NCBI GenBank assembly: GCA_002361955.1
Contig: DESK01000059.1
Coordinates: 7,145 to 71,144 of the forward strand
Direction: 5' to 3'
From: Lachnospiraceae bacterium UBA3316
GTDB lineage: Bacteria > Bacillota > Clostridia > Lachnospirales > Lachnospiraceae
Length of the DNA stretch: 64,000 nucleotides
The translations under genes and the position numbers were made by a program. The notes under the pieces are model-generated. The model searched no databases, was not told where the DNA came from, and worked only from the letters and a program-made list of their open reading frames with translations. Positions 16,937 through 25,781 of this stretch are shown in pieces; the first letter of the stretch is position 1; each line of letters begins with the position of its first letter.

Positions 16937-17692
16937 TTATACATACTTTTCAATATCTACATAGCAGCGCCCTTTTTTTGTCTGGGCCGTCATCCCCAGA
17001 TAGCGGAATTTTCCAAGGCCCCTTGCGGAGACCACATCCCCCTCTTTCAGATTGTATCCGTTCGAGAGGACGGCCCTTCCGTTTACGAAGACCTTGCCTC
17101 CCTCAATCCAGCCTGACAGGCTGCTCCTGGAGGAGCGGAAAGCTAAGGCCAGCACACTGTCCAGCCTCACAGAGGCCACCGTTCCCCGGATCATCTCTGT
17201 CCGCGGCGTGTAAGAAAATTCTCCCATAGGCACCTGCTTGCAAAGGACGGAGGTGTGGCGCACCCGCGTCAGCTCCTCTGAGATAAACTCCGCCATATTG
17301 TCTTTACAGAATACATAGGCCCTGTCTTCCTCCACCAGAATATCCCCCAGCTTCGGGCGCTCGATTCCCAGGTTTAAGATCGCCCCCAGATAGTCTCTGT
17401 GACTCAGGGCGTCTGAGAATTTTTTATTCAAAGGACGAATCTCCAGGCAGGCGACAGGGTATTTTTTTTCATAACAAAGAGCATCAGGAAGAAAAGCTGC
17501 TATCTGACGCTCTGCTGATTCATATCCGCCAAAAGTATCCCATAAAATATAGGAAAACTTTTGGACAGTATGATGAAAAATATTCAATTCATTCAGATCC
17601 ATGAAATCTGAAAAGGTGACAATGCCCCTTTGGTAGGCTGCATCCGCCAAATCCAGAAGATGCTTCTGGAATATCTCATCGCTTCTATTCAT
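16937..17692 (-). CDS. ylmH: YlmH/Sll1252 family S4 RNA-binding protein
   Basis: LSHRDYLGAILNLGI, SVRLDSVL, SARGLGKF. Confidence 0.92.
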   Translation of the reverse strand: MNRSDEIFQKHLLDLADAAYQRGIVTFSDFMDLNELNIFHHTVQKFSYILWDTFGGYESAERQIAAFLPDALCYEKKYPVACLEIRPLNKKFSDALSHRDYLGAILNLGIERPKLGDILVEEDRAYVFCKDNMAEFISEELTRVRHTSVLCKQVPMGEFSYTPRTEMIRGTVASVRLDSVLALAFRSSRSSLSGWIEGGKVFVNGRAVLSNGYNLKEGDVVSARGLGKFRYLGMTAQTKKGRCYVDIEKYV

Positions 17693-17698
17693 AAATCT

Positions 17699-18280
17699 TT
17701 AATATCCTGTGTGCATCGCAGGCACTTCAAAGGCTCCTGTCAGGATCTGCTGAAAATCTCCGGAAATGTCCACGATCGAGGGTGTAATGATAAAGATAAA
17801 GCTGCTGATCTTCTGCAGGTTACCCTGTACTGCATAACAGGAACCTGAAGCGAAATCAATGATCCTCTGGGCAACGTCTACATCTAAGCCCTCCATGTTC
17901 AGCACAACGGTACACTCCGCCATAAGAGTTTCCGTAATCTCACGGGCATCCTCCATCGTATGAGGCTTGATCACGCATACTTCCATGCCGCCGGCTTTCC
18001 GCGGACGCATGGGGGAAATCTTACTGCCTGACGAAGAAGACACTGTCTGCGGCTTCGACTGGCGCACCTTGGGTTTCGGCTGAGATTTCACTTTGCGCTG
18101 AGAAACATCGTCAAAATCATCATAGTCATCAGACTCTTCTGCTTTTTTGAAGACACGCCTCTTTGCGGGACGCTCTTCCTCGTAATCCTCATCTATTTCA
18201 TCATCCAGGAAATCATCATCATCAAATCCATCATCATCGTTCAATTTCATGGCATTTAAAAATCTGTCAAGTACTCCCAT
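17699..18280 (-). CDS. sepF: Cell division protein SepF
   Basis: Acidic N-terminus; VVLNMEG...AQRIIDFASGSCYA...IITP. Confidence 0.95.
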   Translation of the reverse strand: MGVLDRFLNAMKLNDDDGFDDDDFLDDEIDEDYEEERPAKRRVFKKAEESDDYDDFDDVSQRKVKSQPKPKVRQSKPQTVSSSSGSKISPMRPRKAGGMEVCVIKPHTMEDAREITETLMAECTVVLNMEGLDVDVAQRIIDFASGSCYAVQGNLQKISSFIFIITPSIVDISGDFQQILTGAFEVPAMHTGY

Positions 18281-18342
18281 TCTTTACCTCCAGTACCGCA
18301 TTCGGCGGTTTCATTCAGGAACGGATTTCCGTTGCCTATCTG

Positions 18343-19038
18343 TTACGTTAAATTATAATTTCGTGCGCCAAAGATTCCGGTTCCGACCCGCACCATCGTA
18401 GCGCCTTCTTCAATCGCAACCTGGTAATCTCCTGTCATTCCCATACTCAAACTGCACATAGATACATTATCAATGTTTTTTCTTTTGATGTCAACATATA
18501 ATTTTCTTAATTTTTGAAAAAAAACACGATTTTCTTCGGCAACCTCCACAAAAGGAGCAATTGTCATGAGTCCCTCCACATGGATATGGGGTAGCCGGGC
18601 TATTTTTTCAATAAATTTTGCCGTATCCTCAGCGTAAACGCCAAATTTTGATTCCTCCCTGGCGATATTTACCTCCACCAGTACAGGCATCACGATACCT
18701 ATTTTTCCGGCCTCCTGGCTGATGGCCTCCGCCAGCCGCTCAGAATCTACTGAATGGATCATGCAGGCCTTGTCAATAATATATTTGATCTTATTGCGCT
18801 GCAGATGGCCGATCATATGCCAGCGGATATCATCGGGAAGCTGCCCGTACTTCTCCTTCAGCTCCTGGGGCTTATTCTCCCCAAAATCCCGGCTTCCTGC
18901 CGCATAGGCCTCCTCCAGCATGGACACAGGCTTCGTCTTGCTGACAGAGATCAGACGGACCTCCTCCCGCTTTCTGCCGCTTCTGGCGCAGGCGGCACAA
19001 ATATTGCGTTCTACTTCTTCCAGATTTTCTTTAATCAT
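18343..19038 (-). CDS. yggS: YggS/YlmE PLP homeostasis protein
   Basis: LISVSKT, FGENKPQE, WHMIGHLQRNK, LSMGMTGDY, VRVGTGIFG. Confidence 0.97.
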   Translation of the reverse strand: MIKENLEEVERNICAACARSGRKREEVRLISVSKTKPVSMLEEAYAAGSRDFGENKPQELKEKYGQLPDDIRWHMIGHLQRNKIKYIIDKACMIHSVDSERLAEAISQEAGKIGIVMPVLVEVNIAREESKFGVYAEDTAKFIEKIARLPHIHVEGLMTIAPFVEVAEENRVFFQKLRKLYVDIKRKNIDNVSMCSLSMGMTGDYQVAIEEGATMVRVGTGIFGARNYNLT

Positions 19039-19086
19039 GGTATCACCTCACTACCAATATTCGTAACAGTTCCGATCCCTTCCCTG

Positions 19087-20484
19087 TTACCGATATTCAA
19101 TATCTTTATCATTCACTGTGGACGCATCCAGAGCGATGTGGTCATACTGGGAAAGTCCGAAGGTGGCTCCCTCCTCCACAATACAGTACTCTTCGTTCTG
19201 GTCCACCACAGTAATTGCGCGGAATATGGCATATCCCTTATTGATATTATAGACGCCCTCCAGCGTTTCCTTATCCCCTATGGTGTACTGCTTTGACTTC
19301 TCTGCCATCAGAATCACATCTCCCTCCTCAAAATGGGAGCTGTCTACCAGGAAATACGTCTTTTCTTCTTTATATACGGTTGCCGTAATATATTTGGCGC
19401 TGGAAGAGCCGTCTTTTTTCGTAACCTGCTTGATGATGCTGATTTCCTTGGGCTCCTCTTCCTCATAGAGGGCAAACTCCTTGGGGATTTTATAAAAAAC
19501 CTTCTGGGCAATGGCCGAATTTGGTATCTTAAGCCCTGTCTTCCGGCTCAACACCAGCTCGATCTCCAGAAAACGCTCTGACGCATAGCGAATCAGGGAT
19601 GTACTCATATCAATCTTTCCAAAGTACCCATCCTTATTATTAAAAATAGAAAAATCCCCGGTAAAGGTAGTTCCGTCCTTCAGGAAGCGGAAACGGATGG
19701 AGGTTCTGTCGGAAAACTCCGCAGCCATCCTCTGGTCCAAAGGAAAGATCAGCGACCAATTCTCGTCCGTCAAAAGCTTATACAGGCTGTCTCCCGTAGA
19801 AATCTCCTTATTCAGACGCAGGTTTGTCTTGTGATAATTTTTAAGGTCAAAGTCTGAAGCCTTCACATCCTCCGCCTGCAGATCCTCGTAACCGTCCTCC
19901 GAATAGACAACGATCCCCTCCTTAGGCGCCGTACACAGATCCACCATACTCAGTGTGCTTCCCTGGCTGTCCTTCAGGCTGGAGAGGGCCTTTTCATTCG
20001 TCAGCTCCAGAATGCTGCTTTCCACATCTGATTTGAAATTGTAGACTGCCTGGTACGACGTGGCGCTATAATTGGCCGCAAAGGAAGACATCTCGCTCCG
20101 GATCTTAGAAAGCATCTCCTTATCAGCCCCCTCCACCAGCTCCTCCTTGGCAGTCGCCGCAACAGAAGCCATCTTACCGGCCTCATCGATGGAACAGACG
20201 CTGTTTCCCATTCCCACCTTGCTACCCTCACGGGCATAATAGCTCACTGTACCATTTTGGTCAGCCTTCACGACAGTCTCCTTTTTTAAAGCCAGAGCCG
20301 TATAACGGTAATTTCCCGCCAGGGGCCCCGCTGTCACTTCGTAGGGCGTCACATGCTCCGTCGTCAGATACATGACCAGACAGATGATCATATAGACAAA
20401 AAGCACGCCGAACATGATCGTGCCAATATTAAAAAAACGGTATCTTCTATAAGGTATAATCTTATTTTTCCTGCTGTTTGCCAA
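19087..20484 (-). CDS. Membrane-anchored HlyD/membrane-fusion-like protein of unknown function
   Basis: N-terminal TM, split barrel-sandwich motifs (EGSKVGMG; APKEGIVVY) around a coiled region; TTG start. Confidence 0.7.
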   Translation of the reverse strand: MANSRKNKIIPYRRYRFFNIGTIMFGVLFVYMIICLVMYLTTEHVTPYEVTAGPLAGNYRYTALALKKETVVKADQNGTVSYYAREGSKVGMGNSVCSIDEAGKMASVAATAKEELVEGADKEMLSKIRSEMSSFAANYSATSYQAVYNFKSDVESSILELTNEKALSSLKDSQGSTLSMVDLCTAPKEGIVVYSEDGYEDLQAEDVKASDFDLKNYHKTNLRLNKEISTGDSLYKLLTDENWSLIFPLDQRMAAEFSDRTSIRFRFLKDGTTFTGDFSIFNNKDGYFGKIDMSTSLIRYASERFLEIELVLSRKTGLKIPNSAIAQKVFYKIPKEFALYEEEEPKEISIIKQVTKKDGSSSAKYITATVYKEEKTYFLVDSSHFEEGDVILMAEKSKQYTIGDKETLEGVYNINKGYAIFRAITVVDQNEEYCIVEEGATFGLSQYDHIALDASTVNDKDIEYR

Positions 20485-20566
20485 ATGAAAGCCTCCTTTT
20501 CCTGACTATTCTACCACGATTACACTTTGGGGACAACCAAAAAAGGAAAAGTCTTCAAAAGAAAAC

Positions 20567-20595
20567 GCATAAAAACCCGCGATAGGGCAAGAATA
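20567..20595 (+). promoter_or_regulatory. Possible forespore (sigmaF/G-type) promoter of the DUF378 gene
   Basis: GCATA-14 bp-GGCAAGAATA; spacer one short of the usual sigmaF consensus. Confidence 0.4.
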
Positions 20596-20642
20596 AAAAC
20601 AGAGCGTGGACGCTTAAGTACATGACAAGGAGGAAATTCGTA

Positions 20643-20855
20643 ATGGAAAGCAGAGGGTTCGACTACACCTGCCTGACACTTGTGATCATCGGCGCTGTAA
20701 ACTGGGGACTGATCGGTTTTTTCAGCTTTGACCTGGTTGCCTTTCTTTTTGGAAATATGGGCTGGATCTCCAGGATCATTTACGCACTGGTAGGACTGGC
20801 AGGGCTTTATATGATCAGCACTTACGGACGGATCGGCACCATGGGCCGGGAATAA
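20643..20855 (+). CDS. DUF378 (YuzA-like) small membrane protein
   Basis: LVIIGAVNWGLIGFFSFDLVA...IYALVGLAGLY; AGGAGG RBS before ATG 20643. Confidence 0.92.
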   Translation: MESRGFDYTCLTLVIIGAVNWGLIGFFSFDLVAFLFGNMGWISRIIYALVGLAGLYMISTYGRIGTMGRE

Positions 20856-20863
20856 AAATTTTC

Positions 20864-20898
20864 AAAAAAAGGACACCAGAAAAAGTATCTGGTGTCCT
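20864..20898 (-). terminator. Terminator between convergent genes
   Basis: AGGACACCAGA-7 nt-TCTGGTGTCCT with a 7-T tract on the minus strand. Confidence 0.8.
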
Positions 20899-20922
20899 GC
20901 CTATACACGTTCCGTGTATGTA

Positions 20923-21342
20923 TTACAATGAAATAATGACTTTTGACTTTGCATTCTCCGGCATCTCCGCCTCATCCAGAGAAATGCTCAGTACAAAGTC
21001 TACGGAATACTTTCCGCTGATCGCCTCTAAGCGGTTCAGGGTCTCCTCAATGCTCTTGTCCTCCAGCTTCGCAATCTTTAAGAAGCTGTCCAGGTACATC
21101 TGCTCCAGATCGTGATCCTGAGAAATCAGGCCACAGATAAAGCCGATAAACTCTTCACTGCTCTGTAAGTCAAACTCAGAGACATCGATTAAACGGATCC
21201 TGTTGTTAAGCTCATACATATGCTTGCTGCTTTTGTCAAGGTAAACAATATTTCCATGTGCAGTCTTAATCTCTGCGTTCACCTTGTCAAGTAATTGTTT
21301 CGTCTTACCCTTTCCTTTTCTGCCTGCGATGATCTGTATCAT
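20923..21342 (-). CDS. Small P-loop protein of unknown function (about 139 aa)
   Basis: Walker A GRKGKGKT, putative Walker B QMYLD; RBS GGAGG before ATG 21342. Confidence 0.8.
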   Translation of the reverse strand: MIQIIAGRKGKGKTKQLLDKVNAEIKTAHGNIVYLDKSSKHMYELNNRIRLIDVSEFDLQSSEEFIGFICGLISQDHDLEQMYLDSFLKIAKLEDKSIEETLNRLEAISGKYSVDFVLSISLDEAEMPENAKSKVIISL

Positions 21343-21420
21343 TGTAATCTCCTCCTTTAAACATAGTGGCACAAGTATTATAGACAAAATTATAATATAT
21401 TATTTGAAAAAACACAACCG

Positions 21421-22431
21421 TTATTTGTTTATTTTAGACAATAAATCATTCATTTCTTCATAAAGACTGTCCTTGTCTTCTGCATGCATGATAATGGAGA
21501 TGAAAGGATCCCCATATTTGTTCATACTGTACAGGCAAAGGCAGGCACCTGCAGCATCTGTAGTTCCCGTCTTGCCTCCGCTTACCAGCACATCCGCGGG
21601 TGGAACGGCTTCGTTGATGAAATAGTGGTTGGTGGATTCCCACATAATTCCCTGCTCTTCCCCGGCGGCATCCGTATACTCCGCGTAATACGTATGGCGA
21701 TTGATGATATCCTTAAAGACGTCATACTTCAGCGCCTCGTGAAACATCAGGTAGACGTCGTAGGCAGTTGTGTAATGCTGCTCATCCTGAAGGCCATGGG
21801 GATTCGCGAAATGCGTGTCCACCGCGCCGATGGCGGCCGCCTCCCGGTTCATCATTTCCACAAACTGCTCCACGCTTCCGCCGATATGGACGGCGATGGT
21901 CATAGCCGCGTCATTTCCTGAGTTGATCATAAGGCCGTAAAGAAGCTGCTTCAGCGTAAATCTATCGCCCACATGGATATCGCAGACGGAGGATCCGTAT
22001 TCAATATCCTTGCATTCCTCCCCCACAGTGATCACATCATCCAGATTCCCGTATTTCAAGGCCACCAGAGTGGTCATGATCTTTGTCAGGCTTGCCGGAT
22101 ACCTCTTTTCGTGGAGCCCTTTCGCGTAAACCACCTGACGCTCCGCCTCATCAAACAGGGCGGCCGACTGGGCGGGAACTTCAAAATCCCCCAGGGCCAC
22201 ATCCCCGGCGGAAACGCAGAGATCTGCGGCGAAAGATGACGCCATGCCATTTTCCAGCGTGAGAGCCGAGGTGCCCAGGACCGGATGATTTTTATCGTAG
22301 CCCATGTCCAGACTGATATCACGGACACGGAAAAAAAGCAAATAGACAGCTGCTCCCAATACCATCAACAGGACGGCAAGCAGGAGCACAAAAATGCGGG
22401 CTGTCCGCTGTTCCTTTTCTCTTCGATTCAT
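21421..22431 (-). CDS. D-alanyl-D-alanine carboxypeptidase (S11)
   Basis: PASLTKIMT (SxxK), SGNDAA (SxN), GKTGTT; N-terminal TM. Confidence 0.93.
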   Translation of the reverse strand: MNRREKEQRTARIFVLLLAVLLMVLGAAVYLLFFRVRDISLDMGYDKNHPVLGTSALTLENGMASSFAADLCVSAGDVALGDFEVPAQSAALFDEAERQVVYAKGLHEKRYPASLTKIMTTLVALKYGNLDDVITVGEECKDIEYGSSVCDIHVGDRFTLKQLLYGLMINSGNDAAMTIAVHIGGSVEQFVEMMNREAAAIGAVDTHFANPHGLQDEQHYTTAYDVYLMFHEALKYDVFKDIINRHTYYAEYTDAAGEEQGIMWESTNHYFINEAVPPADVLVSGGKTGTTDAAGACLCLYSMNKYGDPFISIIMHAEDKDSLYEEMNDLLSKINK

Positions 22432-22439
22432 ACATCTAC

Positions 22440-22835
22440 CTACCTGTACATCTCGCGCCATTCCAGGTCGCCTCTTTCCAGGGACTTAATAAGCATCTCC
22501 GCGGTTGCCAGGTTCGTCGCCATAGGAATGCTGTGCATGTCACAGAGCTGAACCGTGTTCGCCATATCCAGCTCATGAGACTTTGGCTTCAGCGGATCCC
22601 GCAAAAAAATCATCAGGTCAATCTGGTTGTGCTCAATCTGGGCTCCCATCTGCTGCTCGCCTCCCAGGTGCCCGGCCAGGAATTTGTGAACATTTAAATT
22701 TGTCACTTCTTCTACCAGCCTTCCCGTGGTTCCTGTGGCATACAGATTATGCTTACATAAAATCCCCCGATAAGCAATACAGAAATTCTGCATCAGCTTC
22801 TTTTTTGCGTCATGCGCAATCAATCCTATATTCAT
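22440..22835 (-). CDS. mgsA: Methylglyoxal synthase (divergent active site)
   Basis: IAHDAKK, ATGTTG, DPL, ATNLATA; GGEQQ replaces GGDQQ. Confidence 0.85.
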   Translation of the reverse strand: MNIGLIAHDAKKKLMQNFCIAYRGILCKHNLYATGTTGRLVEEVTNLNVHKFLAGHLGGEQQMGAQIEHNQIDLMIFLRDPLKPKSHELDMANTVQLCDMHSIPMATNLATAEMLIKSLERGDLEWREMYR

Positions 22836-22850
22836 ATGGCCTTCCCCCTG

Positions 22851-23960
22851 TCAATATTTTTTTACCTGAAGCCCTACATTCAATACAATCCCTATTCCAA
22901 TAAAAAAGCTTACCAAAGATGTGACACCTGCGCTCACGAAAGGAAGCGCAATTCCTGTGTTTGGCAAAAGGCCTGTGGCCACGCCGATATTAATAAACGT
23001 CTGAAAGAAAATCTGTGCCGCAAGTCCGCAGCAGACCATCATCCCCGCCGAATCACGGGCCTTTTTTCCTATGCGCACACATTCTATGGCAATAATCAGC
23101 TCCAAAATGATAATGATGCAACACCCAAGAAATCCCAACTCCTCACCCACAACCGCAAAGATAAAATCTGTCTGGGCCTCCGCGATAAAATTACCGTTTT
23201 TTACCGAAGAAACCACATTCGTGTTCAGTCCCTTTCCATAAAGCTGTCCGGAACCGATGGCAATCTTTGAATTCAACTGCTGATAGATAATGGAGTAATA
23301 CTGCGGATCCTCCGGATGCAGCCACGCCATGATCCTGTTGTACTGATATCCCCGCAGGATCGTCTGCCCAGGCTGAAGTATCAAGCTGAAAACAACTGTT
23401 ACCAGGGGAATTGCTATTACTATAATACCACCGATTATTTTATAACTCAAGCCCGCGATAAAAATCAGAACACAAAAAACCATGGCAATCGATATGGTCG
23501 TGGACAAATCCGGCTGTTTGATGATAAAAGCCAGCGGAACTACCAGGCAGAGCAGGGACAGGAAAATAACCTTTACGGTACTGATCTTTTCCTCATGCAT
23601 CATAAACAGCTTTGAAAAGAAAAGGATCAGGATAATCTTCATAACGTCCGAAGGCTGAAACTGGAAAAAGCCTAAATCAATCCAGCGGGTAGCCCCGTTT
23701 ACATTTTTTCCCACCAACGGAACTGCCGCAAGCATGGCAATACCTAAAACATAGTAGATCCAATAAAAATTCAGCAGCCAGGAGTAATCAATCAGGGAGG
23801 CCGCCACCATCAGAATTAATCCGATCACCAGGCCTATGATCTGCTTTTTCTGCGCCGCGTCCTGGGCGCTGCCGATTACCATAATTCCAAGAACCGAAAT
23901 GGCGACGACCCAGAGGATCAGCCTGAATTTATAGTCCTTTAATCTGTATTGTCTTAACAT
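22851..23960 (-). CDS. rodA: SEDS glycosyltransferase RodA
   Basis: GATRWI, FQPSD, QPDLST, TDFIFAVVGEELG, PFVSAG; same operon as pbp2/mre. Confidence 0.93.
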   Translation of the reverse strand: MLRQYRLKDYKFRLILWVVAISVLGIMVIGSAQDAAQKKQIIGLVIGLILMVAASLIDYSWLLNFYWIYYVLGIAMLAAVPLVGKNVNGATRWIDLGFFQFQPSDVMKIILILFFSKLFMMHEEKISTVKVIFLSLLCLVVPLAFIIKQPDLSTTISIAMVFCVLIFIAGLSYKIIGGIIVIAIPLVTVVFSLILQPGQTILRGYQYNRIMAWLHPEDPQYYSIIYQQLNSKIAIGSGQLYGKGLNTNVVSSVKNGNFIAEAQTDFIFAVVGEELGFLGCCIIIILELIIAIECVRIGKKARDSAGMMVCCGLAAQIFFQTFINIGVATGLLPNTGIALPFVSAGVTSLVSFFIGIGIVLNVGLQVKKY

Positions 23961-24180
23961 ATTCCTCACCCTGTCCTGCTTCTCTTGAAATATCCAACTG
24001 TATCTTAATGTTTGTCTGATCCAACTCCACGTATTTTGAAAGAACCTGTGTAATGTCCCTTTTTATCCTGTCAGTAGTCTCCGGGCTGCAGCTTAACCTG
24101 TCGGCCAGGACAACGCCCTTCAGCCGCTCTCTGGCTATGCTTCCGGAATTTTTCTTTAAAAATACCTGGATACTCTTCAC
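23929..24180 (-). CDS. minE: Cell division topological specificity factor MinE
   Basis: SGSIARERLK...LADR..CSPE...IKRDI...SKY; directly after minD; GTG start. Confidence 0.85.
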   Translation of the reverse strand: MKSIQVFLKKNSGSIARERLKGVVLADRLSCSPETTDRIKRDITQVLSKYVELDQTNIKIQLDISREAGQGEEYVKTIQIKGL

Positions 24181-24192
24181 CGGCCGGCCCTC

Positions 24193-24984
24193 TTAATTCT
24201 TTCTGAACAGTCCTGAAACCCTTGAAAAGAAGGACTCCGGCCTGCTCAAATCCATAAGGGGAACGCTCTCCCCGGTAATCCGCCTGCAAATATTCAGGAA
24301 CGCCTGTCCGGCCCTCGTGTCATCCCCCGCCAGGGGCTCTCCCTGGTTGGTGGAAATAACCACGCTCTCGTCGTCGGGCACCGCCCCCACAAGGTTCGCG
24401 GCCAAAATCTCAACCACATCGTCCACGGACATCATATCCCCCCGGCGTATCATATCCATACGCAGCCGGTTGATCAGAAGTTCTATTTTCTTAATATCGT
24501 TTGCCTCCAAAAGACCGATGATCCTGTCCGCGTCCCGAATAGCAGAAACCTCCGGCGTGGTGACAACGATGGCCCTGTCCGCCCCCGCTATGGCATTTTT
24601 AAATCCCTGCTCGATTCCCGCGGGACAGTCCAACAGAATATAGTCAAAATATTCCCTGAGGTCATCCGTCAGCTTTTTCATCTGTTCCGGCGTCACCGCC
24701 GTCTTATCCCTGGTCTGGGCCGATGGCAGCAGGTAGAGATTGGGATACCTCTTATCTTTGATCAGTGCCTGCTTCCGCCTGCAATTTCCCTCGATCACAT
24801 CCACCAGATTGTATACAATCCTGTTCTCAAGGCCCATGACCACGTCCAGATTGCGGAGGCCGATGTCTGTGTCGATCATGACCACCTTCTTGTTAAGCTT
24901 TGCAAGCCCTGTGCCGATATTTGCCGTGGCCGTGGTCTTTCCCACACCGCCTTTGCCGGATGTTACTACGATTACTTCACTCAT
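24193..24984 (-). CDS. minD: Septum site-determining protein MinD
   Basis: SGKGGVGKTT, DIGLRNLD, DCPAGIEQGF, C-terminal amphipathic helix. Confidence 0.99.
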   Translation of the reverse strand: MSEVIVVTSGKGGVGKTTATANIGTGLAKLNKKVVMIDTDIGLRNLDVVMGLENRIVYNLVDVIEGNCRRKQALIKDKRYPNLYLLPSAQTRDKTAVTPEQMKKLTDDLREYFDYILLDCPAGIEQGFKNAIAGADRAIVVTTPEVSAIRDADRIIGLLEANDIKKIELLINRLRMDMIRRGDMMSVDDVVEILAANLVGAVPDDESVVISTNQGEPLAGDDTRAGQAFLNICRRITGESVPLMDLSRPESFFSRVSGLFRKN

Positions 24985-25051
24985 ACGCTCCTGTCCTCCT
25001 ACATCAGGCCTGCCTTTCCGGGGGCCTGTCAGATTTACGCAATCTTAGCTG

Positions 25052-25753
25052 TCACTCATCCTTCGTCTCTTCTTCCCCAGCGGAAATCTCATTTAAGGTA
25101 TCTCTGGATATCGGTTTCACATAGATATGGTTATCTTTTATGTAGGCAATCTTTGGATCTATGCTGTATTCGCAGGAATCCACCCGTTTTACAATGGCGC
25201 TTCGCGCGATCTTGTCCGCGATCCGCACCTGGATGGGCTTCATGACCAGGGCGGCCACAAGGCTGTCCCGGTCACCGCTGGCTCCGGCGTAAACGTTTCC
25301 CCTGCAGGCCCCCAGAACAATAATGTTCCCTTTGGAGATCACGCTGGCCCCGGGGTTTACGTCCCCCAGGACAACCACGCTGTGTTCCGTTTCAAGGACC
25401 TGTCCGGCCCGGAGTGTCCCCCGGTAAAACATGCCTTCGCTCTCCCGCCGCTGTTCCAGGGCAAACTCTACGGCCTGTCTGTAGTACTCCTCATGCTCAG
25501 GTGCCTCATCCACAATGCACAGGATATGGATCCCTGAATTTCCCACGATGGTCTCCACCACCGCCTTTTCCTGGGGTTTTGTCAGCACCCGCCCCCGGAA
25601 ACTGACTGCCATTTTCGCGTTTTTAAAGAAATCTGCGGACTCCCTGAACTTGTCCGCAAGATCCAGCAGCAGCTCCTCAAAAGGAATTTTATCGTCCAGT
25701 ATGACAACAAGTCCATACTTATTGCTTTTGATCATTACCGAATTACGGTTCAC
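25052..25753 (-). CDS. minC: Septum site-determining protein MinC
   Basis: GTLRAGQ, VVLGDVNPGA, GNIIVLGACRG. Confidence 0.95.
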   Translation of the reverse strand: MNRNSVMIKSNKYGLVVILDDKIPFEELLLDLADKFRESADFFKNAKMAVSFRGRVLTKPQEKAVVETIVGNSGIHILCIVDEAPEHEEYYRQAVEFALEQRRESEGMFYRGTLRAGQVLETEHSVVVLGDVNPGASVISKGNIIVLGACRGNVYAGASGDRDSLVAALVMKPIQVRIADKIARSAIVKRVDSCEYSIDPKIAYIKDNHIYVKPISRDTLNEISAGEEETKDE

Positions 25754-25781
25754 ACTGTATGCCTCCCTCTCTTTATGCGTT

